A DNA stretch of 64,000 nt from Deltaproteobacteria bacterium. Its GTDB lineage: Bacteria > UBA10199 > SBBF01. Below, piece after piece: positions 17,912 to 27,465 of the stretch. Where the stretch lies: NCBI GenBank assembly GCA_016183175.1, contig JACPFC010000054.1:8313-72312 (forward strand). Direction: 5' to 3'. The notes under the pieces were generated by a model. It saw only the letters and a program-made list of their open reading frames with translations, was not told the origin of the DNA and searched no databases. Made by a program: the position numbers and the translations under genes. Within the stretch, counting starts at the first letter, position 1, and every line of letters begins with the position of its first letter.

Positions 17912-20068
17912 GTGGACGATTCTTCGATTCTCACGTTTCTCGTCAATCATCCCAAGCATGCCTGGTCCCCGCGCGAGATCGCCCAGCGGCTTAAAGTCCC
18001 CTCTGCCGGGAGAAGGGGGTTGAGAAACCGCCTCAAGCGGCTGTCGCAGGAAGGTAAAATCATCCCGCAAAGGGGAGGGCGCTACGGGAGCCTCACCAAT
18101 GTTCCCACTGTTTCAGGCACATTGAAGGCGCATTACGAAGGCTACGGTTTTGTCATTTCCGACGATCCCGCGCAGACCGATGTCTTCATTCCCGCAAAGA
18201 ACATGAATTACGCCCTTCCGGGCGATCGCGTCGTGACCAGCGTGATGGAAGGAAGAGGGGACGGCAAGCGGGAAGGGAAAATTCTTCAGATACTGGAACG
18301 GGGACGCACCCACTGGATCGGAAGATTTGAGCGGCAGGGCAAAGGATTTGCGGTGATCAATGAAGAGCGGCAAAAGGCGGTGGAGATTCTGATCCCCGGC
18401 AGACATTTAAAGGGGGCCCGGCCCGGGCAGATGGTGGTTGTGCGGGTCACCCGGTTTCCCGCCTCGGGCCGGCCGATGATGGGAGAGGTCGCCGAGGTTC
18501 TGGGAAGCCCAAGGGATGAATCCGCCGAAACGGCCGCCATCCTGGTCAAGCACCGGATCCGGAAAAACTTTCCCCCCAAAGTGACGGAGGAGGTCCAGCG
18601 TCAACCCGAAGAAATTTCCGAAGAGGAATTGAAACGCCGTGTGGATCTTCGTCCTCTCCCTATTTTGACCATCGACGGCATCACCGCCCGCGACTTCGAT
18701 GACGCCGTTTTCGTGGAAAAAAAAGGCTTATCCTTTCATCTCTATGTCAGCATCGCGGACGTGGCCCACTATGTCGCCTCGGGAGGCACAACCGATCACG
18801 AGGCGCTCGAGCGGGGCACCTCTACCTATTTTCCCGACTTTGCCGTTCCGATGCTTCCGGAAAAACTCTCCAACGGCCTCTGTAGTCTCAACCCCGGGCA
18901 GGACCGGCTGACCCTGACCGCCGAAATCAGGTTTGACGAAACCGGCCAGGCGCAGGAGGCATGGTATTACGAAAGCGTCATTCGGAGCCAAAAGCGGGGG
19001 ATCTACGAGGAGGTGCAAAGTTTTTTTGACGGCGCCTCCGACGCCGTTGAGGCCTGTCCCGTTCCCCTCCGGCAGAGCCTTGATGAAATGAAAAAACTGG
19101 CGGAACTCCTGATGGTTCAGAGGGGGCGGCGCGGCTCGATCGACTTTGACCTCCCCGAGGCCGACATCCGGTACGACAAGGAGGGGAGAATTTCCGCCAT
19201 TGTCAAGGCGGAGCGCTTCTTTTCCCACCGGCTGATCGAGGAATTCATGATCTCTGCGAATGTCGCGGTGGCGGAGCTTTTTTCCCGACTGGAGCTCCCG
19301 TTTTTGTACCGGATTCATGATTTGCCTGATCCCGCCAAAGTAGGTGAATTTCTCCTGCTGGCGAAAAATCTGGGGGTGAGGCTCCCCAGCGGATCGTTCA
19401 AACAGGCCAAGGACTTCGCCCGTCTTCTGGAAACGATCAAAACGGATCCGGCGGAGCCGTTGATTCACCAGGTTCTTTTGCGCTCGATGCGGATTGCGCT
19501 CTACAGCCCCGAAAACCGCGGCCATTTCGGGTTGAACCTTAAAACTTATTGCCACTTCACCAGCCCCATCCGGCGCTATCCCGATCTGGTTGTCCATCGC
19601 CAGCTGAAATTTCTTCTGCATGGAAGCAAAACGGGAAAGATTCATCTTGTGTTTGGCCGCGGTGTGACTCTTCCACCATCGTCCCTCCGCTCGTTTTACA
19701 ACCACCGCGACGTCGAATACTTCGGCGACCAGTCCTCCAAACGGGAGCGCGAGGCGATGGAGGCGGAGCGCGAGATGCTCAAACTAAAACAGGCCCTCTT
19801 CATGCAGGACCATGTGGGGGACAAATTTTTCGGAACCATCCGGCGGGTGGCCAAGTTCGGCCTCTTTGTGGAACTGGAACCGCACTTTGTCGAGGGTCTT
19901 CTGCACGTGAGCGATCTGACGGACGACTATTATCGTTTCGACGATAAACGCCTCCGCTTTGTCGGGACTGGAAAAAAGAGAAAAATCTATCAGGTCGGAG
20001 ACAAAATCCGGGTGACGGTCAGGGATGTGTCGGTGGAAAACCGGCAGATATCGCTGGAGTCGGCTTGA
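17912..20068 (+). CDS. rnr: ribonuclease R
   Basis: 718 aa; RNB catalytic domain plus C-terminal S1 domain (KFGLFVELEPHFVEGLLHVSDL). Confidence 0.85.
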   Translation: MDDSSILTFLVNHPKHAWSPREIAQRLKVPSAGRRGLRNRLKRLSQEGKIIPQRGGRYGSLTNVPTVSGTLKAHYEGYGFVISDDPAQTDVFIPAKNMNYALPGDRVVTSVMEGRGDGKREGKILQILERGRTHWIGRFERQGKGFAVINEERQKAVEILIPGRHLKGARPGQMVVVRVTRFPASGRPMMGEVAEVLGSPRDESAETAAILVKHRIRKNFPPKVTEEVQRQPEEISEEELKRRVDLRPLPILTIDGITARDFDDAVFVEKKGLSFHLYVSIADVAHYVASGGTTDHEALERGTSTYFPDFAVPMLPEKLSNGLCSLNPGQDRLTLTAEIRFDETGQAQEAWYYESVIRSQKRGIYEEVQSFFDGASDAVEACPVPLRQSLDEMKKLAELLMVQRGRRGSIDFDLPEADIRYDKEGRISAIVKAERFFSHRLIEEFMISANVAVAELFSRLELPFLYRIHDLPDPAKVGEFLLLAKNLGVRLPSGSFKQAKDFARLLETIKTDPAEPLIHQVLLRSMRIALYSPENRGHFGLNLKTYCHFTSPIRRYPDLVVHRQLKFLLHGSKTGKIHLVFGRGVTLPPSSLRSFYNHRDVEYFGDQSSKREREAMEAEREMLKLKQALFMQDHVGDKFFGTIRRVAKFGLFVELEPHFVEGLLHVSDLTDDYYRFDDKRLRFVGTGKKRKIYQVGDKIRVTVRDVSVENRQISLESA

Positions 20069-20074
20069 GGCTAT

Positions 20075-20104
20075 TTGACAATTCTTTCCGAGACACGATA
20101 TACA
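20075..20104 (+). promoter_or_regulatory. candidate sigma70 promoter (TTGACA-16/17-GATATAC) upstream of tRNA-Gly region
   Basis: Perfect -35 TTGACA at 20075-20080, A/T-rich -10-like at 20097-20104. Confidence 0.3.
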
Positions 20105-20153
20105 CGGGGTTTAATAAGGCCCGCCACTAATGCTTTGGCGGGCCGCGCTTCGC

Positions 20154-20172
20154 GCGGGAGTAGCTCAGTTGG
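20154..20172 (+). other. 19-nt exact duplicate of the 5' end of tRNA-Gly, about 100 nt upstream of the complete gene
   Basis: GCGGGAGTAGCTCAGTTGG identical to positions 1-19 of tRNA-Gly at 20255; preceded by REP hairpin GGCCCGCCACTAATGCTTTGGCGGGCC (20117-20143). Confidence 0.45.
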
Positions 20173-20254
20173 GGGGACCCGTCGTCCGCCGAGCGAGTAG
20201 CGAGGAAAGAGGACGATGGGGGCGGAGTGGCTTAAAGGCAAGAAGCATCTTAAT

Positions 20255-20327
20255 GCGGGAGTAGCTCAGTTGGTAGAGCGTCACGTTGCCAACGTGAAAG
20301 TCGCGGGTTCAAGTCCCGTCTCCCGCT
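20255..20327 (+). tRNA. tRNA-Gly (anticodon GCC)
   Basis: GCGGGAGTAGCTCAGTTGGTAGAGCGTCACGTTGCCAACGTGAAAGTCGCGGGTTCAAGTCCCGTCTCCCGCT; canonical cloverleaf. Confidence 0.9.
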
Positions 20328-20355
20328 CATTGTTGAATAATTCCCGGTTATTTCC

Positions 20356-21426
20356 ATGAACAAAATCGGCCGACTCCGCAAAAAAATCGACGCGATTGAC
20401 CGCAAAATGCTGGCCCTTTTGTCCGAAAGGGGAAAAGTCGCGCAGGGGATCGGCAAAATGAAGAGGGAGAAGGGGGCCGGAGTCCTGGTCCCCTCGCGGG
20501 AACAGTCCATCTACGACCGCCTCTCGCGTTTCAACAAGGGGCCCTATCGGCGCGAGGCGGTGCTTTCCATTTTCCGCGAGATCATCTCGGCCACAAGGGC
20601 GCTTGAGGCCCCGTTGAGAATTTCCTATCTTGGTCCCGAGGCGACCTTCACCCATATGGCGGCGGTCCGCCACTTCGGCTCATCGGCCGAATTTGTACCC
20701 GAGGCGGGGATTGAAAATATCTTTGCGGCGGTGACGCGCGGCGAGTCCGACTTCGGGGTCGTGCCGATCGAAAATTCCACCGAAGGGGTGGTGAGCCACA
20801 CGCTCGATCTTTTTGTCGATTCCGATTTGAGCATCAGTTCAGAAGAGGTGTTAAAGATCGCCCACCATTTGTTGAGCCGCGAGGAGGGGATAGGCCGGAT
20901 CGACAGGGTCTATTCCCATCCGCACGCCATCGCCCAGTGCCGAAATTGGCTGATGACCCATCTCCCCAATGTTCCCGTGAAGGAGATGGAGAGCACGGCC
21001 GCGGCGGCCAAACGCGCCGCCGGTGAGAGGCATTCCGCGGCGATTGCCTCGGAATTCGCGTCGAGCCGATACGGTTTACCCGTACGGGCCCGCGAGATCC
21101 AGGATCAACCGCAGAATTTCACCCGCTTTTTGATCATCGGCCGGCAACCGCCGCGAAGGACGGGGCGCGACAAGACCTCCATCCTTTTTATGACGCGCGA
21201 CGAGGTGGGGATTCTGCACCAGATACTCGGCTCATTTGCGCGACAAAAGATCAACCTCACCAAGATTGAATCGCGCCCGCTCAAAAAACGGGCCTGGGAA
21301 TACATGTTTTTTGCCGATCTGGACGGCCATCTCTCGGAGAGAAGGATCGCCCGGGCCCTGTCCGAGGTGCAAAAAAAGTGCACCTTCTTCAAGATTCTGG
21401 GGTCATATCCGAAAAGTCGCATATAG
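20356..21426 (+). CDS. pheA: bifunctional chorismate mutase / prephenate dehydratase
   Basis: N-terminal CM domain (RKKIDAIDRKMLALLSERGKVA), PDT domain and C-terminal ACT domain. Confidence 0.85.
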   Translation: MNKIGRLRKKIDAIDRKMLALLSERGKVAQGIGKMKREKGAGVLVPSREQSIYDRLSRFNKGPYRREAVLSIFREIISATRALEAPLRISYLGPEATFTHMAAVRHFGSSAEFVPEAGIENIFAAVTRGESDFGVVPIENSTEGVVSHTLDLFVDSDLSISSEEVLKIAHHLLSREEGIGRIDRVYSHPHAIAQCRNWLMTHLPNVPVKEMESTAAAAKRAAGERHSAAIASEFASSRYGLPVRAREIQDQPQNFTRFLIIGRQPPRRTGRDKTSILFMTRDEVGILHQILGSFARQKINLTKIESRPLKKRAWEYMFFADLDGHLSERRIARALSEVQKKCTFFKILGSYPKSRI

Positions 21427-21500
21427 TGAGCGAGGATCGGATTTATTCCGTCCGAGCGAACGGGGGGTACGGGGGCGCCGGAGGCAAAGCCCCCGATTTT
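21427..21500. repeat. REP-like repeat module (family 1) in the pheA-tyrA intergenic region
   Basis: GCGAGGATCGGATTTATTCCGTCCGAGCGAACGGGGGGTACGGGGGCGCCGGAGGCAAAGCCCCCGATTTT matches 55585-55656. Confidence 0.4.
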
Positions 21501-22349
21501 ATGTTTAACAAAATAGCCATCATCGGTGTCGGTTTAATCGGCGGTTCGCTGGGCCTTGAAATAAAGCGCAAAAAACTGGCGCGCGAGGTTGTCGGATGCG
21601 GGCGTTCACGGGCCAACCTTGCCGTTGCAAAGCGCCGGCGCCTTATTGACGAAGCAACAACCGATTTGGCCAAAGCGGTTAAAGATGCCGATTTGGTTGT
21701 GCTGGGGGCGCCACCGAGAACAATTATAGGTCATATAGGTCGTATAGGACCTATACTGGAGAGGGGAGCGATTGTCATGGATGTCGGTTCCACCAAGGAT
21801 AAAATCGTCCGCGCCGCAGAGAAATATCTTCCCCGAACCGTTCATTTTGTTGGCGCACACCCGCTGGCCGGCGCCGAAAAAGGGGGGGCCTGGGCCGCCC
21901 TTCCCGGCCTGTTTCGGGGCAAGCGATTCGTCATTACCCCCGCTAAAAGGACAAGCCGAAAGGCCCTCGCCGTGGCAAAGCGTTTTTGGAAAAAAATGGG
22001 GAGCGAGACGATTATCCTTTCTCCCGAAAGGCATGACCGCATCCTTTCGGCGACAAGCCACCTGCCGCAGATTGTCGCCTCCGCCCTGATGAAAACCATC
22101 GGCAATGCCCTTTCGTTTTCCGAAATGAAAAAAATGGGGGGAGGGGGCTTAAAGGACACGACACGCATCGCCGCCTCTCCGGCGGAGATGTGGACGCATA
22201 TCTGTCTGGAGAATCGGGAAAATCTGTTGAAGAGTCTGCGAAAATTTGAAAGCGAACTGAAGCGCGTCGTCGGACTGATTGAAAAGAAAAATGCCGGCCC
22301 GTTGAAAAAATATCTTGAGCGCGCCTCGGAATTGAGGAGAAAATTGTAA
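21501..22349 (+). CDS. tyrA: prephenate dehydrogenase
   Basis: MFNKIAIIGVGLIGGSLGLEI Rossmann start; ATG at 21501. Confidence 0.8.
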   Translation: MFNKIAIIGVGLIGGSLGLEIKRKKLAREVVGCGRSRANLAVAKRRRLIDEATTDLAKAVKDADLVVLGAPPRTIIGHIGRIGPILERGAIVMDVGSTKDKIVRAAEKYLPRTVHFVGAHPLAGAEKGGAWAALPGLFRGKRFVITPAKRTSRKALAVAKRFWKKMGSETIILSPERHDRILSATSHLPQIVASALMKTIGNALSFSEMKKMGGGGLKDTTRIAASPAEMWTHICLENRENLLKSLRKFESELKRVVGLIEKKNAGPLKKYLERASELRRKL

Positions 22350-22371
22350 AGCGAACCATGCCCCAAGTCTA

Positions 22372-23715
22372 ATGCAATCCCAAACCATCCATCCCGCCCC
22401 GCATCTTCGGGGAACAATCTCCGTTCCCGGCGACAAATCCATCTCCCACCGGGCCCTCATTTTTTCCGCAATAGCCGAAGGGGACTCGCGGATCCGCAAT
22501 CTTCTTTTGGGCGAGGATGTCCTGGCCACCATGCGGATCATGCAACAGTTGGGGGTCAAAATGTCCCACAAGCCCGAGGAAATCCGTCCGGGTGAAACCC
22601 TCATCGTGCACGGTGTCGGCCTTTACGGACTACGGCCGAGCCCCCGGCTCCTCGACTGCGGCAATTCAGGCACCACCATGCGCCTCATGATGGGCCTTCT
22701 TTCGGCCCAGCCGTTTGAATCGACATTGACGGGCGACCATTCACTCAACCGCCGCCCGATGGAGCGGGTGATCAAGCCGCTTGCCGAAATGGGGGCCCGT
22801 TTTGACGTGGAACAAAAGGGGGGAGAACGCACGATCCGGGTTAAAGGAACAAAAAAAATCGGCGCCAGGGACGCAACCACTGGAGGAATAAAATTTCATC
22901 TCCCTGTCGCCTCGGCGCAGGTGAAATCGGCCCTTATGCTGGCCGCTCTTTACGCCGCGGAGGAGACACTGGTTATTGAACCATCCCCCTCGCGCGACCA
23001 TACCGAGCGCCTCTTGGCGGCCATGGGGGTAAAACTCTTCAAAAAGGGGAACGAGGTGATGATTCACCCGGCCGAAAAACTTCAACCCCTCGACATAACC
23101 GTCCCCGGCGATTTTTCCAGCGCCGCCTTTTTTGTGGTCGGCGGACTGATAGTCCCTCACTCGGATCTCATTTTGAAGGATGTGGGAATTAACCCCACCC
23201 GTTCGGCGCTTGCCGATGTCCTTCGCGAAATGGGAGGAAGCGTCCGTATCGGCAAACCGCGACTCATTGCCGACGAACCGGTGGCGGATATTCATGTCCA
23301 AAGTTCACCCTTGAGGGGTTTTGAGTTGAAGGGGGAGATTATTCCCAAACTCATCGATGAAATCCCCATTTTTGCCGTTGCGGCTGTCTGCGCCCGTGGA
23401 AAAAGCAGTGTCTCCGATGCCGCCGAATTGCGGGTCAAGGAGTCCGACCGGATTGCCGTTCTGGCGGCGGAACTGAAAAAAATGGGGGTCGTCGTGGAGG
23501 AGAAGCCCGACGGCCTTGTCCTTTCAGGGACTCTGCATGAAGGAAAGACAAGGCTGATGGGGGGCGCCTTTGACAGCCATGGGGACCACCGGATCGCCAT
23601 GAGTTGCGCCATCGGGGCGCTGGCCGCCCAAAATTCCTCGGTTATTTCCGATGTAGAGTGTGTGGCCACCTCATTTCCCGGCTTTTTTGAAATTCTCCAT
23701 CAACTGGCTTCCTAA
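22372..23715 (+). CDS. aroA: 3-phosphoshikimate 1-carboxyvinyltransferase (EPSP synthase)
   Basis: 447 aa; PGDKSISHRALIFSAIAEG and RPMERVIKPL motifs. Confidence 0.9.
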   Translation: MQSQTIHPAPHLRGTISVPGDKSISHRALIFSAIAEGDSRIRNLLLGEDVLATMRIMQQLGVKMSHKPEEIRPGETLIVHGVGLYGLRPSPRLLDCGNSGTTMRLMMGLLSAQPFESTLTGDHSLNRRPMERVIKPLAEMGARFDVEQKGGERTIRVKGTKKIGARDATTGGIKFHLPVASAQVKSALMLAALYAAEETLVIEPSPSRDHTERLLAAMGVKLFKKGNEVMIHPAEKLQPLDITVPGDFSSAAFFVVGGLIVPHSDLILKDVGINPTRSALADVLREMGGSVRIGKPRLIADEPVADIHVQSSPLRGFELKGEIIPKLIDEIPIFAVAAVCARGKSSVSDAAELRVKESDRIAVLAAELKKMGVVVEEKPDGLVLSGTLHEGKTRLMGGAFDSHGDHRIAMSCAIGALAAQNSSVISDVECVATSFPGFFEILHQLAS

Positions 23716-23887
23716 CCGGCCAGTGCCGGAACCTGATGAAAGTGCCGGGCCTCCCTTGCGGCTCAAAATTTGGCATCGTTTGCACAGTATCTTGCCAAAG
23801 TGGAACTTATTCCTGTAAAATCATTTGACTTTAGAGGTATTTAAGAATAAACGCGATGGGCCTTTGCAAAGGAGGAAATTAATCATA

Positions 23888-25558
23888 ATGACCGAGACAC
23901 AGACCGCATCCGATTTTAAAACGCTTTTCGAGGAACGCCTCAAAACTTTCAATGTCCAGGAGGGAAAACTGGTGACTGGCACGGTTGTGGCGGTGGGGCG
24001 CGACATGGTTTCCGTCGACATCGGCTTCAAGACGGAGGGTTACATCCCGGTTGAGGAATTCATCAATTTTGACGGCGAGGTGGGGGTCAAGCCGGGCGAC
24101 GCCATCCGGGTGGTGTTGGAGCAGATCGAGGACGACAACGGGAATCTGATCCTCTCCAAGGAGCGGGCGGACGCCCTGGAGGCATGGGACAAGGTGGCGG
24201 AGGCCCATGAAAAGGATCAAATTATCGAGGGGGTCATCGTCAACAAGATCAAGGGGGGGATGTCGGTCAATCTGGGGGGGATCAAGGCCTTTCTTCCCGG
24301 TTCGCAGATTGACCTGAAGCCGGTCAAAAGCCTCGACAAGCTCATCGGTCATAAATTTCAGTTCAAAATCATCAAGCTCAACAAGGCCAAGGGAAACATC
24401 GTCCTCTCGCGCCGCGTTGTTCTGGAAAAAGAGCGCGAATCACAAAAGAAGAACCTTCTCGAAAACCTTCGCGAAGGGCAGGTGATCAAGGGGGTGGTCA
24501 AGAACCTCACCGAATATGGGGCGTTTGTGGACCTGGGGGGGATCGACGGCCTTCTTCATATCACCGACATGAGCTGGGGGCGCGCGGGCCATCCGAGCGA
24601 GATCTTTTCGGTCGGCGACGAAATCGACGTCGTGGTTTTGAAATACGACCCCAAAAACGAAAAAGTCTCACTTGGCTACAAACAGCTCCTCCCCGACCCC
24701 TGGAAAGAGGTGAAGGGGAAGTTCACGCCGGGTGAAAAGCTTCAGGGAAAGGTGGTCAACATCACCGACTACGGCATTTTTGTGGAGCTCGCGGAGGGGA
24801 TCGAGGGGTTGGTGCATGTCTCGGAGCTTTCGTGGTCCAAAAAGACGCGGCACCCGTCCAAGATGGTCAAGCAGGGGGATGTCATTGAGGCGGTGGTGCT
24901 GGATGTCGATCCCGGCAACCGGCGCATTGCGCTCGGCATGAAGCAGTTGGATCCGAATCCGTGGGACGGGCTGGTGGAAAAATATCCGGCGGGGACAAAA
25001 GTCCGCGGCACGGTGCGCAATGTCACCGATTTCGGCGTTTTTGTGGGGATCGAGGGGGAAGAGATCGACGGGCTGGTCCATGTCTCCGATTTGACGTGGG
25101 ATAAAAACGTCAAACATCCGTCCGAGCTTTACAAGAAAGGGGATGAGGTTGATTGTGTGGTCATCACGGTGGACAAGGGAGCCGAGCGGTTCGCCCTCGG
25201 CTTGAAACAGCTCGAAGACGACCCGCGGGCGAATATGGCGCGAAAATACCGGACAGGGACGGCGGTTTCGGGAGTTGTTGTACAGGCAACCGACAAAGGG
25301 GTCGTCGTCCGCCTCGAAGACGACACAACCGGTTTTATTGCCAATGCCGATCTTTCCCTGCACGCAAAAGAGGAGGGTCATGAAAGGCCCAAAGAAGGGG
25401 AGACAGTCACGGCGACGGTCAAAAAAGTCGACCCCCGCGAAAATCGTGTTCTCTTGAGCGTCAAGACCTACGAGAAGGCCCAGGAGAAGGAGCACATGAA
25501 GGAGTTCCTCTCCAAACAGGGCGATTCGTCGGTGAAATTGCAGGATATAGCAAAGTAA
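23888..25558 (+). CDS. rpsA: 30S ribosomal protein S1
   Basis: Six S1 repeats; RBS AAAGGAGGAAATT upstream of ATG at 23888. Confidence 0.9.
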   Translation: MTETQTASDFKTLFEERLKTFNVQEGKLVTGTVVAVGRDMVSVDIGFKTEGYIPVEEFINFDGEVGVKPGDAIRVVLEQIEDDNGNLILSKERADALEAWDKVAEAHEKDQIIEGVIVNKIKGGMSVNLGGIKAFLPGSQIDLKPVKSLDKLIGHKFQFKIIKLNKAKGNIVLSRRVVLEKERESQKKNLLENLREGQVIKGVVKNLTEYGAFVDLGGIDGLLHITDMSWGRAGHPSEIFSVGDEIDVVVLKYDPKNEKVSLGYKQLLPDPWKEVKGKFTPGEKLQGKVVNITDYGIFVELAEGIEGLVHVSELSWSKKTRHPSKMVKQGDVIEAVVLDVDPGNRRIALGMKQLDPNPWDGLVEKYPAGTKVRGTVRNVTDFGVFVGIEGEEIDGLVHVSDLTWDKNVKHPSELYKKGDEVDCVVITVDKGAERFALGLKQLEDDPRANMARKYRTGTAVSGVVVQATDKGVVVRLEDDTTGFIANADLSLHAKEEGHERPKEGETVTATVKKVDPRENRVLLSVKTYEKAQEKEHMKEFLSKQGDSSVKLQDIAK

Positions 25559-25564
25559 AACAAG

Positions 25565-25635
25565 CTCCAAATTCCAAGCTCCAAATTCCAAGCTGAAATT
25601 TTTTTTGGAATTTGGAATTTGGGATTTGGAATTTG
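25565..25635. terminator. large AT-rich palindrome after rpsA (tandem CCAAATTCCAAGCT arms), putative terminator / AT-rich palindromic element
   Basis: CTCCAAATTCCAAGCTCCAAATTCCAAGC-TGAAATTTTTTTT-GGAATTTGGAATTTGGGATTTGGAATTTG. Confidence 0.45.
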
Positions 25636-25644
25636 CCTTTAAGT

Positions 25645-26559
25645 ATGCGCCGGCATCCAATCCTCCTTTCATTTCTGGTCGTCTTTCTCATCCTTTTTTT
25701 CCTGGCCGGCGTCTTTGTCGTGGTTGTCGCCCTCACGGGGGGCGATGGAGCAAAGTGGCTCCCGCTGGGCGATATCGCGATTGTTGAAATTGAAGGCCCC
25801 ATCTTCGACTCCACCGACATCATCAAGGAGCTTCACCGTTACGGCGAAAACAGCTCCATCAAGGCGGTGGTGTTGCGGATCGATTCCCCCGGCGGGGCCG
25901 TGGCCCCCTCGCAGGAAATTTTCGAGGAGGTCAAAAAACTCAAAAAAACCAAAAAAGTCGTCGTCTCCCTGGGAACGGTGGGGGCCTCGGGGGCCTACTA
26001 CATCGCCTGCGCGGCGGATAAAATCATCGCCAGCCCCGGCACCATCACCGGCTCCATCGGCGTCATCATGGAAAGCATGAGCTTTCACGAAGTGCTCAAA
26101 TGGGCCCGTCTCGAAAACCGCGTGATCAAAAGCGGCGAGTACAAGGATGTCGGCTCCCCCTTCCGCGAAATGCTTCCCGGGGAAAGGGCCTATCTGCAGG
26201 CCATTCTCGACAATATGTACGGCCAGTTCAAAAATGCGGTGGCCGAAAACCGGGGTTTTTCGCAGGAACAAATCGATCTGATCGCGGAGGGAAAAATTTA
26301 CACGGGGGAACAGGCGATGACCCAAAAGCTTGTCGACGGATTGGGGACGCTGTACGACGCCATCGACGAGGCCAAAAAGCTTGCCGGCCTTTCACCGGAT
26401 GCCCGCGTCATCTGGCCGCGGAAGGACAAATTCCCGTTCGAGTCGCTTTTGTTCGATTCGATGGAAAAAAATTCGCTTGAGCATTTTGTCAAAAAATATT
26501 TTCATGGCATGGACGCGCCGGTCTGGTTATACTCCATGAACCCTCTCAAAATCGACTAA
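25645..26559 (+). CDS. sppA: signal peptide peptidase SppA (36K type)
   Basis: VVLRIDSPGGAVAPSQEI...GTVGASGAYYIACAADKIIASPGTITGSIGVI ClpP-fold motifs. Confidence 0.8.
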   Translation: MRRHPILLSFLVVFLILFFLAGVFVVVVALTGGDGAKWLPLGDIAIVEIEGPIFDSTDIIKELHRYGENSSIKAVVLRIDSPGGAVAPSQEIFEEVKKLKKTKKVVVSLGTVGASGAYYIACAADKIIASPGTITGSIGVIMESMSFHEVLKWARLENRVIKSGEYKDVGSPFREMLPGERAYLQAILDNMYGQFKNAVAENRGFSQEQIDLIAEGKIYTGEQAMTQKLVDGLGTLYDAIDEAKKLAGLSPDARVIWPRKDKFPFESLLFDSMEKNSLEHFVKKYFHGMDAPVWLYSMNPLKID

Positions 26560-26575
26560 GGAAGGATTCTTAATT

Positions 26576-26869
26576 ATGAACAAGAGCGATTTAATTGAAA
26601 CCGTTTCCGAAAAAGTCAAAAGCCTCGCCCGACGGGAGGTGGAGGCGATTGTCGAAACCATCTTCGACAAAATGACGGGGGCCTTGTCCAAGGGGGACCG
26701 GATTGAGATCCGCGGATTCGGCAGTTTTGAAGTGCGCGTGCGGGAGCCGCGGCAGGGGAGAAACCCCAAGACGGGGGCGCAGGTCTATGTGAATACCCGG
26801 CGCGTCCCGTTTTTCAAGGTGGGAAAGGAACTGCGCGAGCGGGTCAACAACGGGGCGGGGGCGGCCTAA
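26576..26869 (+). CDS. HU/IHF-family DNA-binding protein (IHF beta-like)
   Basis: MNKSDLIETVSEKV...RIEIRGFGSFEVRVREPRQGRNPKTGAQVYVNTRRVPFFKVGKELR. Confidence 0.8.
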   Translation: MNKSDLIETVSEKVKSLARREVEAIVETIFDKMTGALSKGDRIEIRGFGSFEVRVREPRQGRNPKTGAQVYVNTRRVPFFKVGKELRERVNNGAGAA

Positions 26870-27349
26870 ATGAAGGTTCTTTGGGCCCCCTGGAGGATGG
26901 ATTTCATCTTGAGGGCCCGCGAAAAGACAGGCCCCTGCATCTTCTGCGAACTCCCCAAACAAAAAAAATCACCCCGCAATCTCATTTTGCACAAGGGCAA
27001 AAAGGCCTTTGTCATCCTCAACCGCTATCCTTACAGCAACGGGCATCTGATGGTGGTGCCGAAAAGGCATCTCGAGGGCCTGGAAAAATTGACCCCTTCG
27101 GAGCATGCCGAACTGGGCGTTCTCGTCACCCGCTCGGTGGCTGTCCTTAAAAAAGCGTTCAAACCGCAGGGTTTTAACATCGGCATGAATCTGGGAAGGG
27201 TGGCGGGGGCGGGCATTGAGGACCATGTTCACACCCATGTGGTCCCGCGCTGGATCGGGGACGCGAGTTTTATGCCGGTTATCGGAAACAGCCGGGTGAT
27301 TCCGGAGGCGTTAAAGGAGACGTATCGAAAACTGGCGAGGATATTTTAA
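26870..27349 (+). CDS. HIT-family (histidine triad) nucleotide hydrolase
   Basis: LNRYPYSNGHLMVVPKRH and DHVHTHVVPRW motifs. Confidence 0.75.
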   Translation: MKVLWAPWRMDFILRAREKTGPCIFCELPKQKKSPRNLILHKGKKAFVILNRYPYSNGHLMVVPKRHLEGLEKLTPSEHAELGVLVTRSVAVLKKAFKPQGFNIGMNLGRVAGAGIEDHVHTHVVPRWIGDASFMPVIGNSRVIPEALKETYRKLARIF

Positions 27350-27350
27350 A

Positions 27351-27462
27351 ATGTCAAATGACAAATTCCAAATTTCCAAGGAATGTCAAAACTCCAAACG
27401 ACAAATTTGATATTGTTGTTTTGAGTTTCTTTTGACATTTGAACTTTGACATTTGTCATTTT
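27351..27462. repeat. large AT-rich palindromic element (ATGTCAAA / CCAAATTTCC motifs)
   Basis: About 110-bp imperfect palindrome between convergent HIT gene and hypothetical operon; related to 25565-25635 and 52967-53085. Confidence 0.5.
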
Positions 27463-27465
27463 CCC

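Noticed and set aside
23716-23887. Possible riboswitch or structured leader upstream of rpsA
   Set aside because: Only a short hairpin (CCGGCCAGTGCCGG) and an S1-typical AU-rich leader; no recognisable riboswitch consensus.
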